This document shows positions 36,772-46,298 of a stretch of DNA of 60,238 nt, one piece after another. Within the stretch, counting starts at the first letter, position 1; every line of letters starts with the position of its first letter. Origin of the DNA: Ignavibacteriales bacterium (GTDB lineage: Bacteria; Bacteroidota; Ignavibacteria; UBA10030); assembly GCA_016186715.1 (NCBI GenBank), contig JACPLA010000085.1, positions 1 through 60,238 on the forward strand. Direction: 5' to 3'. The notes under the pieces are model-generated. The model was not told the DNA's origin. It ran no database searches and worked only from the letters and a program-made list of their open reading frames with translations. Position numbers and translations under genes: made by a program.

Positions 36772-38821
36772 ACGCCTTCTTGTCACCGCCGCACTGCCAT
36801 ACGCCAACGGGTATCTTCATCTGGGTCATATGGCCGGGGCCTATCTTCCCGCGGACCTGTACGTTCGGTACCACCGGCTCAAAGGGAAGGACGTCTTGTT
36901 TCTCTGCGGCTCGGATGAGCACGGCGTTGCAATAACCGTGACGGGGGAGCAGGAAGGGCTTACGCCGCAGCAGGTGATCGACCGCTATCATCCGGCGAAT
37001 GAAGAAGCTTTTCGGAAGTTTGGGATGAGCTTCGACCATTACTCCAGGACTTCCATCCCCCTCCATCACGAAACAACCCGTGAATTCTTTCGAAATTTCA
37101 GCGATCGTTCTCTCCTGAAAGAAAAGAGGGAAAAGCAGTTGTTCTGCGAGAAAGACAACATGTTTCTGGCGGACCGCTATGTGGAGGGAACGTGTCCGAA
37201 ATGCGGCTATGACCAGGCGAGGGGGGACCAATGCGAGAATTGCGGGAGCTGGCTCAACCAGGTCGAATTGATCAAGCCAAAGTGCAAACTGTGCGGGACC
37301 ACGCCCGTCGTGCGGGAAACGACGCATCTTTATTTTCCCCTGGGTCAGTTCCAGCGAAGGCTCGAGAAGTATGTCAAGGAGCGCAACAAACGGGACGGAT
37401 GGAAGGAAAACGTCCTTCGGTACTGCGAAAGTTGGTTCAAGGCGGGTCTCGAGGATCGGGCCGTTACGCGCGATCTCAAGTGGGGTGTTCCTGTGCCCGT
37501 GAGCGGATTTGAAAACAAGGTTATTTATGTGTGGTTCGATGCGGTTTTGGGATACATCACGGCGGGGAAAGAATGGGCCGCTCGACAGGGAAAAAAGGAA
37601 GCTTGGAAGGATTATTGGCAGGGAACCGAGACAAAATACGTCGCCTTCATCGGCAAGGACAATGTTGTCTTCCATTGTATCGTATTTCCGGCCATGCTTA
37701 TGGGATGGAACGACGGGGAAGAAGAGCAATATGTGCTCCCAGAAAACGTGCCGGCAAACGAGTTTTTGAATTTCGAGGGACAGAAGTTTTCGAAGAGCAG
37801 GGGGTGGGGCATCGATCTCAGGGATTTCCTTGATCACTTTCCGGCGGATTATCTGCGCTACGCACTGGCTGTGACATTGCCGGAATCCCGCGATTCGGAT
37901 TTCTATCTCAAGGATTTTCAAGCGCGCGTGAACAACGAACTTGCCGATATTCTCGGTAACTTCGTAAATCGTACCCTCGCATTTACACAACGCTCGTTTG
38001 GCGGAGTCGTGCCCCCCCGGCGGAAAATCGAGGCACTGGACCGGGAAATCCTAGAAATCCTTTCAACCGCGCCGTCGAACGTGGGGAATTTATTTGAGAA
38101 CTACCGGCTTCGCGACGGAGTGACGGAGGCAATGAACCTTGCCCGTGCCGCGAACAAGTACTTCAACGATAGCGAGCCGTGGAAGACTGCCAAGTCGGAT
38201 ATGGATCGATGCGGAACGACAATTCACATAGCCCTGCAGCTTGTTCGCTCGTTGGCGATTCTTTTCGAGCCGGTCACCCCACAGATCTCCCGTACGATTT
38301 GGAAGATGCTCAACCTGAAGGAACCCATTGGGCCTGGGTTCTGGGACACCGCTGCAAAACCAGGTCTGGACGAAGGCCACACGCTTAACCCACCGGAGAT
38401 ACTCGTGTCCAAAATCGAAGACAAGCAAATCGACAAAATATTGCAATCGGCAGGTGTGGAACGGTCATTGACGCCCGCAACGACGGGAATCAAGCCGACG
38501 ATCAGCTTGGAGGATTTCAAGAAAATCGACCTGCGCGTTGCGAAGGTCGTCGAAGCGGAGAAAATTCCAAAGTCCAGCAAGCTTCTGAGATTGAAGGTCG
38601 AGGTTGGCGGCGAGGTTCGTCAAATTGTCGCGGGGATTGCTCAACAATACGAACCCTCTTGGATGGTTGGAAAGCTGCTCGTCGTGGTCGCAAATCTCCA
38701 GCCCGTAACCCTGATGGGAAACGAGTCACGGGGTATGTTGTTGGCAGCCAATGCGGACGACGGAAAGCTCTCAATCGTCACAATCTTGGACGACCTTCCT
38801 CCTGGGACTGCTGTCCGCTAA
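36755..38821 (+). CDS. metG: Methionine--tRNA ligase
   Basis: ALPYANGYLHLGH, zinc knuckle, KFSKS and C-terminal tRNA-binding domain. Confidence 0.98.
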   Translation: MASPHKRLLVTAALPYANGYLHLGHMAGAYLPADLYVRYHRLKGKDVLFLCGSDEHGVAITVTGEQEGLTPQQVIDRYHPANEEAFRKFGMSFDHYSRTSIPLHHETTREFFRNFSDRSLLKEKREKQLFCEKDNMFLADRYVEGTCPKCGYDQARGDQCENCGSWLNQVELIKPKCKLCGTTPVVRETTHLYFPLGQFQRRLEKYVKERNKRDGWKENVLRYCESWFKAGLEDRAVTRDLKWGVPVPVSGFENKVIYVWFDAVLGYITAGKEWAARQGKKEAWKDYWQGTETKYVAFIGKDNVVFHCIVFPAMLMGWNDGEEEQYVLPENVPANEFLNFEGQKFSKSRGWGIDLRDFLDHFPADYLRYALAVTLPESRDSDFYLKDFQARVNNELADILGNFVNRTLAFTQRSFGGVVPPRRKIEALDREILEILSTAPSNVGNLFENYRLRDGVTEAMNLARAANKYFNDSEPWKTAKSDMDRCGTTIHIALQLVRSLAILFEPVTPQISRTIWKMLNLKEPIGPGFWDTAAKPGLDEGHTLNPPEILVSKIEDKQIDKILQSAGVERSLTPATTGIKPTISLEDFKKIDLRVAKVVEAEKIPKSSKLLRLKVEVGGEVRQIVAGIAQQYEPSWMVGKLLVVVANLQPVTLMGNESRGMLLAANADDGKLSIVTILDDLPPGTAVR

Positions 38822-38879
38822 GCGCAGATGTTTTTCGTCCTCGTGATCGTGCGCGTCCTTTTGTGCATTCCGTTGTATC

Positions 38880-38908
38880 TTGCTTAAGTTTCAGTTTTGC
38901 CCTATATT
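38880..38908 (+). promoter_or_regulatory. Promoter of the menaquinone operon
   Basis: TTGCTT-N17-TATATT, 45 bp upstream of the first gene. Confidence 0.6.
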
Positions 38909-38953
38909 TAGAGGATCAAAATTGAAACTTTTTCGCAATCCAGGGCAGTTTTC

Positions 38954-39796
38954 TTGGCACCCCTCAAGAATCTTCTCAGTTTCGTCAAAATCGAGCATAC
39001 TCTCTTTTCGCTGCCTCTGATCTACAGCGGAGTCTTCCTTGCGGCGAAGGAGCTTCCGTCTCCAACGCTATTCCTCCTTGTCTTGACGGCGGCGCTTGGT
39101 GCTCGTACCACAGCCCTGGCACTGAACCGCATCATCGATCGGGAGATTGACCGGCGGAACCCCCGAACATCTCAACGGGAACTGGCAAGCGGTAAACTGA
39201 GCGTCACAGAAGCGACTGTTGTCCTCGCTGGGGGCGTGGTTCTCTATCTTGCGTCGGCAGCGCTGATTTCGACGTTCTGCCTTCTTCTCTCGCCGATCCC
39301 GCTGTTGATTTTTACCGCGTATCCGTACATGAAGCGATTCACTCCCCTGGCTCATTTCGGGGTGGGACTGGGTCTTGCCATGGCCCCACTCGGAGGGTGG
39401 TTTGCGGTTCAACAGTCGTTTGAGAATCTTCTTCCCGGTGCCCTGCTCACTCTGTTCACTCTTTTCTGGGTGGCCGGATTCGACATCATCTACTCGACAC
39501 TCGACGAGCTGTTCGACCGCCAGGAGAACCTCTATTCCTTCAGCGCCCGATATGGAAAACGGATCGCTCTGAGGATCTCAGGATTTCTCCACGCAGCGGC
39601 GTTTGCGATTCTTTCGGCCCTCTTCTTGACATATGTTCGTGCAATCGGTTCCTTTGTGTTTCTTCTGGCTTCTGGATATTTGCTGTATCTGGAGCATAAG
39701 AAGTCGGAGGATGTGGAGCTTGCGTTTTTCAGGATTAACGCTATCGTGGGCTTCGCGGTCTTGGGGATGGTGATCAGCGGAGTCTATTTCAAATGA
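38954..39796 (+). CDS. mqnP: UbiA-like polyprenyltransferase (MqnP-type)
   Basis: KIEHTLFSLP, NRIIDREIDRRNPRT and WVAGFDIIY motifs; mqn context. Confidence 0.88.
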   Translation: MAPLKNLLSFVKIEHTLFSLPLIYSGVFLAAKELPSPTLFLLVLTAALGARTTALALNRIIDREIDRRNPRTSQRELASGKLSVTEATVVLAGGVVLYLASAALISTFCLLLSPIPLLIFTAYPYMKRFTPLAHFGVGLGLAMAPLGGWFAVQQSFENLLPGALLTLFTLFWVAGFDIIYSTLDELFDRQENLYSFSARYGKRIALRISGFLHAAAFAILSALFLTYVRAIGSFVFLLASGYLLYLEHKKSEDVELAFFRINAIVGFAVLGMVISGVYFK

Positions 39797-40344
39797 GGAT
39801 CGTCCTTGGCATCTCGGGGTCTTCGGGAGCCGTGTATGCACGGGAATTTCTCAGTCTTTGTCCGGGCGACAAGTTTCTGATTGTGAGCAAATGGGGGAAA
39901 GTCCTGCTAAAAAATGAATTAGGGATCAGCGAACGGGACCTTCAGCCGTTGGTGAAACGACAGTTCTCCGACGATGATTTGACCGCCCCCGTCGCCTCCG
40001 GGTCGAACCGGTTCGATGCCCTGGTCGTTCTTCCCTGTTCGACCTCGACGCTGGGAAAGATTGCATCCGGCATTGGCGATACGCTCATTACCCGCGCTGC
40101 TCAGGTTGCGCTCAAGGAGCGATATAAGTTGGTCCTGTGTTTGCGTGAGACACCAATGTCCACGGTGTCTCTGGAACAGTGTGCCAGGCTTTCCCGGGAC
40201 GGTGCGATCATAATGCCGATTTCCCCGCCCTTGTATTTTGTGCCCAAGTCCGTGGACGAGTACGTCCAGGCGTTCGTGCACAAGGTTCTTGGGATCATCG
40301 GAGTGCGCGAAGCCAGGGGGTGGCGCGCCGAGGAATTGGAATAG
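39793..40344 (+). CDS. ubiX: UbiX flavin prenyltransferase
   Basis: GISGSSG, ASGS, PCS, LITRAA and RETP motifs. Confidence 0.93.
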   Translation: MRIVLGISGSSGAVYAREFLSLCPGDKFLIVSKWGKVLLKNELGISERDLQPLVKRQFSDDDLTAPVASGSNRFDALVVLPCSTSTLGKIASGIGDTLITRAAQVALKERYKLVLCLRETPMSTVSLEQCARLSRDGAIIMPISPPLYFVPKSVDEYVQAFVHKVLGIIGVREARGWRAEELE

Positions 40345-40346
40345 CG

Positions 40347-42107
40347 ATGTTTCAGGCGCTCGGTGAATTTGTCCGCCACCTCGAATCAATCGGCGAGCTT
40401 CACAGGGTCAAGAGGGAAGTCGACCCGAAACTGGAGATTACCGAGATTGCCACGCGGGCTCTTCGTGAAGGGAAACCCGCACTGCTCTTTGAAAATGTAA
40501 AGGGCGCACGATTTCCTCTGGTCGTGAACGTGTATGCAAGCGACAAGCGTCTTGAACACGCTCTGGGGACACATCCGGAGCGGCTGGGGAGGGACTTGAT
40601 CGGCTTCATTGAACAGATGATGCCACCCCGCTTCGGTCCGCTGTGGGAACACCGTAGCCTCACACGTCGATTGATGGGCGCACGTGCAGTGTCTGTTGCT
40701 TCGGGGATTTCGCAGGAGGTCGTCTCGCAAGGCTCGTTTAATGATCTGCCAATCCAGGTCTGCTGGCCTAAAGACGGGGGCAGGTTTCTGACCCTCGGCC
40801 AGGTTGTCACGTATGATCCTTCCGATGGGAAGAGAAACATCGGCGTGTACAGGATGCACGTCTATGGAGACAGGAAGACGGGAATGCACTGGCAGATCCA
40901 GAAAGGGGGCGGATTTCATTATCACCGGGCCGAGCAACGCCGTCAGGATCTCGAGGTAGCCGTTGCGCTGGGAACCGATCCGGCAACGCTTCTGGCAAGC
41001 GTTGCTGCACTCCCCGAAGGAATCGATGAAGCGTTGTTTGCCGCGTTCCTTCGTGGAAGGCCGACCCGATTCGTACACGGGAAGTCCCTCTCAATCCTGG
41101 TTCCCGCAGCGGCGGAATTTGTGCTTGAGGGAACAGTCCCGCAGGGAGAACGAAGAAAAGAGGGACCGTTTGGGGATCATTTTGGACACTATTCGCATGC
41201 GGCGTCCTTTCCGGTTTTTCATTTGAAAACGATGACACATCGCAGGCGTCCCGTGTACCCCGCGACTGTTGTCGGCATTCCTCCCATGGAAGATAAGTTT
41301 CTTGGAGACGCTACGCAGCAGATCCTTGGTCCACTTGCAAGAGTGATTCACAAGGAAGTCAAGGATGTATGGGCGTACTATGAGGCGGGTTTCCATAATC
41401 TGCTCGTCGTCTCTGTCGAGGAGCGTTACCACAAAGAAGCGATGAAAGCAGCGTTGGGACTTCTTGGAACTGGTCAATTGTCGCTGACAAAGTGCCTGAT
41501 CCTTGTTTCGGAAGAGGTCGATCCCAGAACCTGGAAAGCTGTCCTGGGTGCGGTGAGAGAGCATTTTGATCCATACCGGGACTTTGTTTTGCTGCCAAAG
41601 GTTCCCCTGGACACTCTGGACTTCACCAGCTTTACGATGGAGTTGGGAAGCAAGATGATTCTCGACGCGACAAGGAAGGAGCGACCTCGTCGGACCAGAC
41701 GTGCGATCCGCCTGGACGCCAAAGGGGTAAGAAGCATGGATCGGCGAATTGTTGACGCTCATGCTGTGGAGGAAACGCTGCTCCTGGTCAAGGCAAAAAA
41801 GGAGGGGAGAGCCGTTGTCGAGAAACTCGTCAAACGGAAAGAACTCCAATATTTCAAGATCATCGCGGTAGTAAGTGAAGACGTGGACATCCGCAACCAG
41901 GAGAATTCGATCTGGGGTGTGTTCACGCGATTCGACTGCGAGCGCGATGTCGTCTTTTCTGAACAGACGATGATGGGAATTGCCCCCATTTACCGCGGAG
42001 TGATGGGGATAGATGCAACATGGAAACGCGGATATCCTGAACCTCTCATCATGGATCATCGGATCGTCAGGAAAGTCGATGACCGGTGGGAGCAATACTG
42101 GAGATGA
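40347..42107 (+). CDS. mqnL: UbiD-family menaquinone biosynthesis decarboxylase (MqnL-type)
   Basis: WPKDGGRFLT, NIGVYR, EGPFGDHFGHY and GIDAT motifs. Confidence 0.9.
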   Translation: MFQALGEFVRHLESIGELHRVKREVDPKLEITEIATRALREGKPALLFENVKGARFPLVVNVYASDKRLEHALGTHPERLGRDLIGFIEQMMPPRFGPLWEHRSLTRRLMGARAVSVASGISQEVVSQGSFNDLPIQVCWPKDGGRFLTLGQVVTYDPSDGKRNIGVYRMHVYGDRKTGMHWQIQKGGGFHYHRAEQRRQDLEVAVALGTDPATLLASVAALPEGIDEALFAAFLRGRPTRFVHGKSLSILVPAAAEFVLEGTVPQGERRKEGPFGDHFGHYSHAASFPVFHLKTMTHRRRPVYPATVVGIPPMEDKFLGDATQQILGPLARVIHKEVKDVWAYYEAGFHNLLVVSVEERYHKEAMKAALGLLGTGQLSLTKCLILVSEEVDPRTWKAVLGAVREHFDPYRDFVLLPKVPLDTLDFTSFTMELGSKMILDATRKERPRRTRRAIRLDAKGVRSMDRRIVDAHAVEETLLLVKAKKEGRAVVEKLVKRKELQYFKIIAVVSEDVDIRNQENSIWGVFTRFDCERDVVFSEQTMMGIAPIYRGVMGIDATWKRGYPEPLIMDHRIVRKVDDRWEQYWR

Positions 42108-43993
42108 AGTACATGAACGATCGTTTTCACCCTCGGGACAAGAACCTCGTTCCCATCTGGGAAAAAATCCAGAAAGGGGACCGTCTTACCTTTGAAGACG
42201 GTGTGGCCATGTTTCGCTCTTCTGACGTCATTTCGCTCGGGAAGATGGCGCACAATGTTCAGCGTCGGAGAAGCGGCGACGCGGTTTATTTCGTGCTCAA
42301 TCAGAAAATTGAGCCGACAAATGTCTGTGTCTTGTCCTGCAAGTTTTGTGACTTCGCGACGAAGCAGGGGAGCGCGGATGCCTACGAGATGACGATTCAC
42401 GAAATTGTCCATAAGCTGACTCCGGAGATCCATGAAGTCCACATCACCGGCGGTCTTCATCCCGACTGGGAATGGGAATATTACCTTGAAATGCTTCGGC
42501 AGATCAGGAAAAATCTCCCCAACGCGGATATTAAGGCGTTTACCGCGGTAGAAATCGACTTCTTCCATAAGAAATTCCGTATGCCGATCGAAGAGGTGCT
42601 GATCCAGCTGAAAGATGCCGGTCTCAGGACGATGCCGGGCGGTGGTGCGGAGGTGTTTTCCGAGCGCGTCCGCAGGCTTCTTTTCAACCAGAAAATCGGA
42701 GCAAGAACCTGGTTTGAAGTGCATAGGACGGCTCACAAGCTTGGTATTCCGACAAACAGTACGATTCTCTACGGCCACATTGAGACCATCGAGGAGCGGG
42801 TGGAGCACATGCTGAAGCTGCGGGAAGCCCAGGATGAAACGGGAGGCTTCCTCACGTTTATTCCCCTCGCATTTCAGCCGGGTGATACCGGAATCAAGCC
42901 CCGGGGCCGGTTTACGTCGGCTATCGACGATCTCAAGATGATCGCAATTTCGAGGCTGGTGTTGGACAATTATCCTCATATCAAAGCCTATTGGGTCATG
43001 CTCACGGAGGAGGTTGCGTCTGTTGCGCTGAACTTCGGCGCGGATGATATTGATGGAACCGTGGGGGGAGAAAAGATCGCTCATGATGCAGGCGCGATCA
43101 GTCCAATGACCCTGGCAAAAGAGCAGATCGTAAAAATCATCAGGGATGCCGCGAAGATTCCCGTTGAGCGAGACGTGTATTATAACCCCCTTAAGCTCCA
43201 TGCAAGTAATATTGTCGGCAAGATACCTTATTTGAATTCGGTTCCGTTCTATGAACATCTTGAAAAGCGCGAGTTTAAAATAATGCCGATGGCGCCCAGA
43301 AGGATGGGGCTTCTGGCCGCGGAGGGGCAGGTCGATGCAGGTCTGTTTTCCCTGGTTGATTATCTCAATCAGCAGTCATCGCTGGAGATGATGAACTATG
43401 GCATAGCGACGCGGGATCAGGTGAGAAGTGTTCTCCTGTTCTCTAACCATGGTTGGGGAGATCTTGAGGGGAAAACAATCGGCATCACCGACGACACTGC
43501 CACTTCGGTTCATTTGTTGGGCGTTTTGCTGGAAAAGAAATATGGGGTGAAAGCGAACCTGGAACGAATGCACAGCGGAGTCAATGATGTGCGGAGTTTC
43601 GATGCGGTTCTTCTTATCGGAGACGAAGCGTTAAAAAGCAGCAAAACGGGGCTTAGCGGCTTTGAGATTGTGTATGATCTTGCGGAGGAATGGTACACAT
43701 GGCAGCAACTGCCGTTTGTCTTCGCCGTGTGGGCCGTCCGGAAATCCATCGCTGAAGGCCAAAAGAATGAATTGAAAAGGTTGGTCGAACAGTCCCTGGA
43801 AACAGGAGAGACGAATTATGAAACCATTGGCGCCCTGCATGCACGGCGACTGGGATTAACCTCTCAGGAAGCGGCTGAATATCTTGGAGGATTCAACTAT
43901 CGCTTGGGCGGGCGAGAGCTACTTGCCATCGAGACCTTCAAGTCGTTCCTCCCACATGTCAAGGATTTCTTGAATCAGAAAACGAAGGTGTGA
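42104..43993 (+). CDS. mqnE: Fusion of aminofutalosine synthase MqnE and chorismate dehydratase MqnA
   Basis: N-part NVCVLSCKFCDF, MPGGGAE, HIKAYW, FGADDIDGT; C-part GKIPYLNSVPF, VRSVLLFS, ATSV, LIGDEAL, LPFVFAVW. Confidence 0.93.
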   Translation: MKYMNDRFHPRDKNLVPIWEKIQKGDRLTFEDGVAMFRSSDVISLGKMAHNVQRRRSGDAVYFVLNQKIEPTNVCVLSCKFCDFATKQGSADAYEMTIHEIVHKLTPEIHEVHITGGLHPDWEWEYYLEMLRQIRKNLPNADIKAFTAVEIDFFHKKFRMPIEEVLIQLKDAGLRTMPGGGAEVFSERVRRLLFNQKIGARTWFEVHRTAHKLGIPTNSTILYGHIETIEERVEHMLKLREAQDETGGFLTFIPLAFQPGDTGIKPRGRFTSAIDDLKMIAISRLVLDNYPHIKAYWVMLTEEVASVALNFGADDIDGTVGGEKIAHDAGAISPMTLAKEQIVKIIRDAAKIPVERDVYYNPLKLHASNIVGKIPYLNSVPFYEHLEKREFKIMPMAPRRMGLLAAEGQVDAGLFSLVDYLNQQSSLEMMNYGIATRDQVRSVLLFSNHGWGDLEGKTIGITDDTATSVHLLGVLLEKKYGVKANLERMHSGVNDVRSFDAVLLIGDEALKSSKTGLSGFEIVYDLAEEWYTWQQLPFVFAVWAVRKSIAEGQKNELKRLVEQSLETGETNYETIGALHARRLGLTSQEAAEYLGGFNYRLGGRELLAIETFKSFLPHVKDFLNQKTKV

Positions 43994-44827
43994 ATGTCCG
44001 ATACTCTTGTCAAAAGGTTTGAGAATCTGGTTCAACAGGGAACGCAGCTCGCGCCACAGGGCGGATTCGAGTTCTCGGGGTATAACGCCCGTTTACAGAA
44101 TAAGTATCTTGAATGGCGCAAATCATGCCTCGAAGCGCTGGAACAGGCGGGACCAATCGGCGTTCCATACAAGAGCAAGATTCTCGGGGATCCAAACGGC
44201 GGTTTTTTCTTTCAGGCGTCGGCGCAACTGATTGTCAATCAAATGAAGGAATTATTCGAGAAGATCAAAGCCTCCCCGGAGCTTGCGGCGGCTCCAGCCC
44301 AAGCCCAGCCCTCGCCCGTGGTAAACTCTCAAGGTGTAACGGGTTCGGAGACTGGAGGAGCGCGAGTTCTCAAACCACCGCCCAAAAAGGGCTCCGCGGT
44401 TCCTCCGGCCATCCCGCCGCCGGTACCGGCCGGCAGCTGGGAAAAAAAAGTTTATGTGATCGGCGAAGATATGGATCCGCTCAGGCAGCAGTTGTCACAG
44501 TTCCTCCAGGAAATCGGTCTTGAGGAAGTGCCATTGAACCGGGAACACGGTAAGATGCTTGCGCTGGACAAGATCTCTCACGAAAACGATATCCGATTTG
44601 CCTTTTTTGTTTTCAATTCCGATGACCTGGCTTATGCCATGTTCGAGCTTGGCCATTTTGTTGGGAAACTGGGGGCGGGACGGGTGACCGTTCTTCATAT
44701 GACCGACGTTGACTTCCCAAAGAATGTGCCGGGGATCAACCTCAAACCGATCGTTGTGAAACTCGAAGAGGCAAGCCTGTCGCTGATGAGGGAACTCAAA
44801 TCGGTCGGATACCAGATTTCCCTTTAG
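43994..44827 (+). CDS. Protein with C-terminal divergent TIR-like (CAP12/Pycsar-type) domain
   Basis: KVYVI..FLQEIGL..FAFFVF..DD..FELGHFVGKLG..RV..L..DFP..G..RELKSVGY resembles PF10137-type TIR; Pro-rich linker. Confidence 0.7.
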   Translation: MSDTLVKRFENLVQQGTQLAPQGGFEFSGYNARLQNKYLEWRKSCLEALEQAGPIGVPYKSKILGDPNGGFFFQASAQLIVNQMKELFEKIKASPELAAAPAQAQPSPVVNSQGVTGSETGGARVLKPPPKKGSAVPPAIPPPVPAGSWEKKVYVIGEDMDPLRQQLSQFLQEIGLEEVPLNREHGKMLALDKISHENDIRFAFFVFNSDDLAYAMFELGHFVGKLGAGRVTVLHMTDVDFPKNVPGINLKPIVVKLEEASLSLMRELKSVGYQISL

Positions 44828-44834
44828 AATTGTT

Positions 44835-45929
44835 ATGACTCTTCACGAAATATTCGACGACGTTCGAGCGGGAAAGCGCCTGACAGGTGATCGGGGTCTG
44901 TATTTGCTCAAGCATGCCGAGCTTTTGGATCTCGGAGATCTGGCAAATGAAATTCGGTTCAAAAACAACCCCAAGCCTTGGGTTACTTTCGTTGTCGACA
45001 CAAATCCCAACTACACGAATATCTGTACGGTCGATTGCATCTTCTGTGCCTTCTACCGTCATCCCGGCGAAGAAGGGGAGTACACGTATAGTGTCGATCA
45101 CATGATCCAGAAATTCAAAGAATCGGCGGCTCAGGGTGTCACGACGGTTCTTCTTCAAGGCGGGGTCAATCCTTCACTTCCTTTCGAATACTACACCGAA
45201 CTTGTTCGAAGAACCGTTGCTGAGGTTCCGGAAGTGTACCCGCATTTCTTCTCTACGTCAGAAATTATCGGAATGGCAGAGGTTGCCGGGATGAATGTCC
45301 GTGAGGTCTTGAAGCGTCTCTGGGATGCGGGACTACGCTCCATCCCGGGTGGAGGGGCGGAGATTTTATCCGACCGCGTGAAGAAAAAGATCAGCAGCAA
45401 GAAGGGGACGTCGGCGGATTGGCTGGGGGTGATGCGCGAGGCCCATCTCCTGGGTTACAAGTCCACAGCCACGATGATGTACGGACATCTTGAGACCGAC
45501 GAAGATATCATCGAACATCTTGAACAGGTTCGTTCCCTGCAGGATGAGACTCGAGGCTTTACCGCTTTCATCCCATGGTCGTTCAAGCCCGGAAACACGC
45601 CGCTTGAAAAGATCATTCCGCACTACGCAACGCCGACCCGCTACCTGCAAATGATATCGTTTTCACGGATCTACCTGGACAACTTTCAGCACATTCAGGC
45701 TTCGTGGTTCTCGGAGGGGAAGAAAACGGGGCAGATTGCGCTTCATTTTGGCGCCGATGATTTTGGAGGCACCCTTCTGGAGGAAAATGTTCACGCGGCG
45801 GCGAATTTTGTGAACAAAACGAATACGGAGGAGTGCAAACAACTTATTCGTGAGGCGGGATTTACCCCGGCACAGCGGACAACACTGTATGAAATTCTCT
45901 CGGCGGAGGAGCAGGAAGCGGCGGCCTAG
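44835..45929 (+). CDS. mqnC: Cyclic dehypoxanthinyl futalosine synthase
   Basis: NYTNICTVDCIFCAFYR, LLQGG, PGGGAEIL, FIPWSF, IQASW and GADDFGGTLLEENV motifs. Confidence 0.95.
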   Translation: MTLHEIFDDVRAGKRLTGDRGLYLLKHAELLDLGDLANEIRFKNNPKPWVTFVVDTNPNYTNICTVDCIFCAFYRHPGEEGEYTYSVDHMIQKFKESAAQGVTTVLLQGGVNPSLPFEYYTELVRRTVAEVPEVYPHFFSTSEIIGMAEVAGMNVREVLKRLWDAGLRSIPGGGAEILSDRVKKKISSKKGTSADWLGVMREAHLLGYKSTATMMYGHLETDEDIIEHLEQVRSLQDETRGFTAFIPWSFKPGNTPLEKIIPHYATPTRYLQMISFSRIYLDNFQHIQASWFSEGKKTGQIALHFGADDFGGTLLEENVHAAANFVNKTNTEECKQLIREAGFTPAQRTTLYEILSAEEQEAAA

Positions 45930-45946
45930 CGTTGATTCCGGAAAAG

Positions 45947-46209
45947 AACCAAAAAGAAACAACGCAGAGGCTCAGAGGACGCGGAGGCACGCAGAGGGTT
46001 TTTCATTTGCAGCAGTCTCTTTCATCTGGGGAGGGTGAGACGGGGAGCTCATATAATGCCACCAGCTTGACGCTCTGCGATTTCTCCCCGCCTGCCTGTT
46101 GGTACAACCGAGGCCGGGCAGGTGCGACCTCCCCGCCAGCCTTGTTGAACTCTATGGGGCGGGCTGGCGCGACTCTGCGTTGAAAAACCAAAAAGACACA
46201 ACGCAGAGG
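45947..46209. repeat. Repeat-rich spacer between convergent mqn operons
   Basis: aaccaaaaagaaacaacgcagagg (45947) near-identical to aaccaaaaagacacaacgcagagg (46186); cgcagagg-type short repeats; hairpins cgccagcc/ggctggcg and ctctgcgttg/caacgcagag. Confidence 0.65.
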
Positions 46210-46298
46210 TGTCAAGGACTTAGCAAAGTCCTCCGAGGATTTTCGGTGCTCTCCACAGCTTTGCGACGAAAACCTCCAGACGTGTCTACAGGATGGCG

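Noticed and set aside
36695-37990. 431-aa minus-strand ORF, and similar ORFs at 41091-42095, 42056-43258 and 14542-15513
   Set aside because: Antisense shadows of well-supported genes with no motifs
43994-44827. TIR gene as part of a CBASS, Pycsar or Thoeris anti-phage system
   Set aside because: No cyclase, sensor domain or partner genes; tightly coupled inside a metabolic operon
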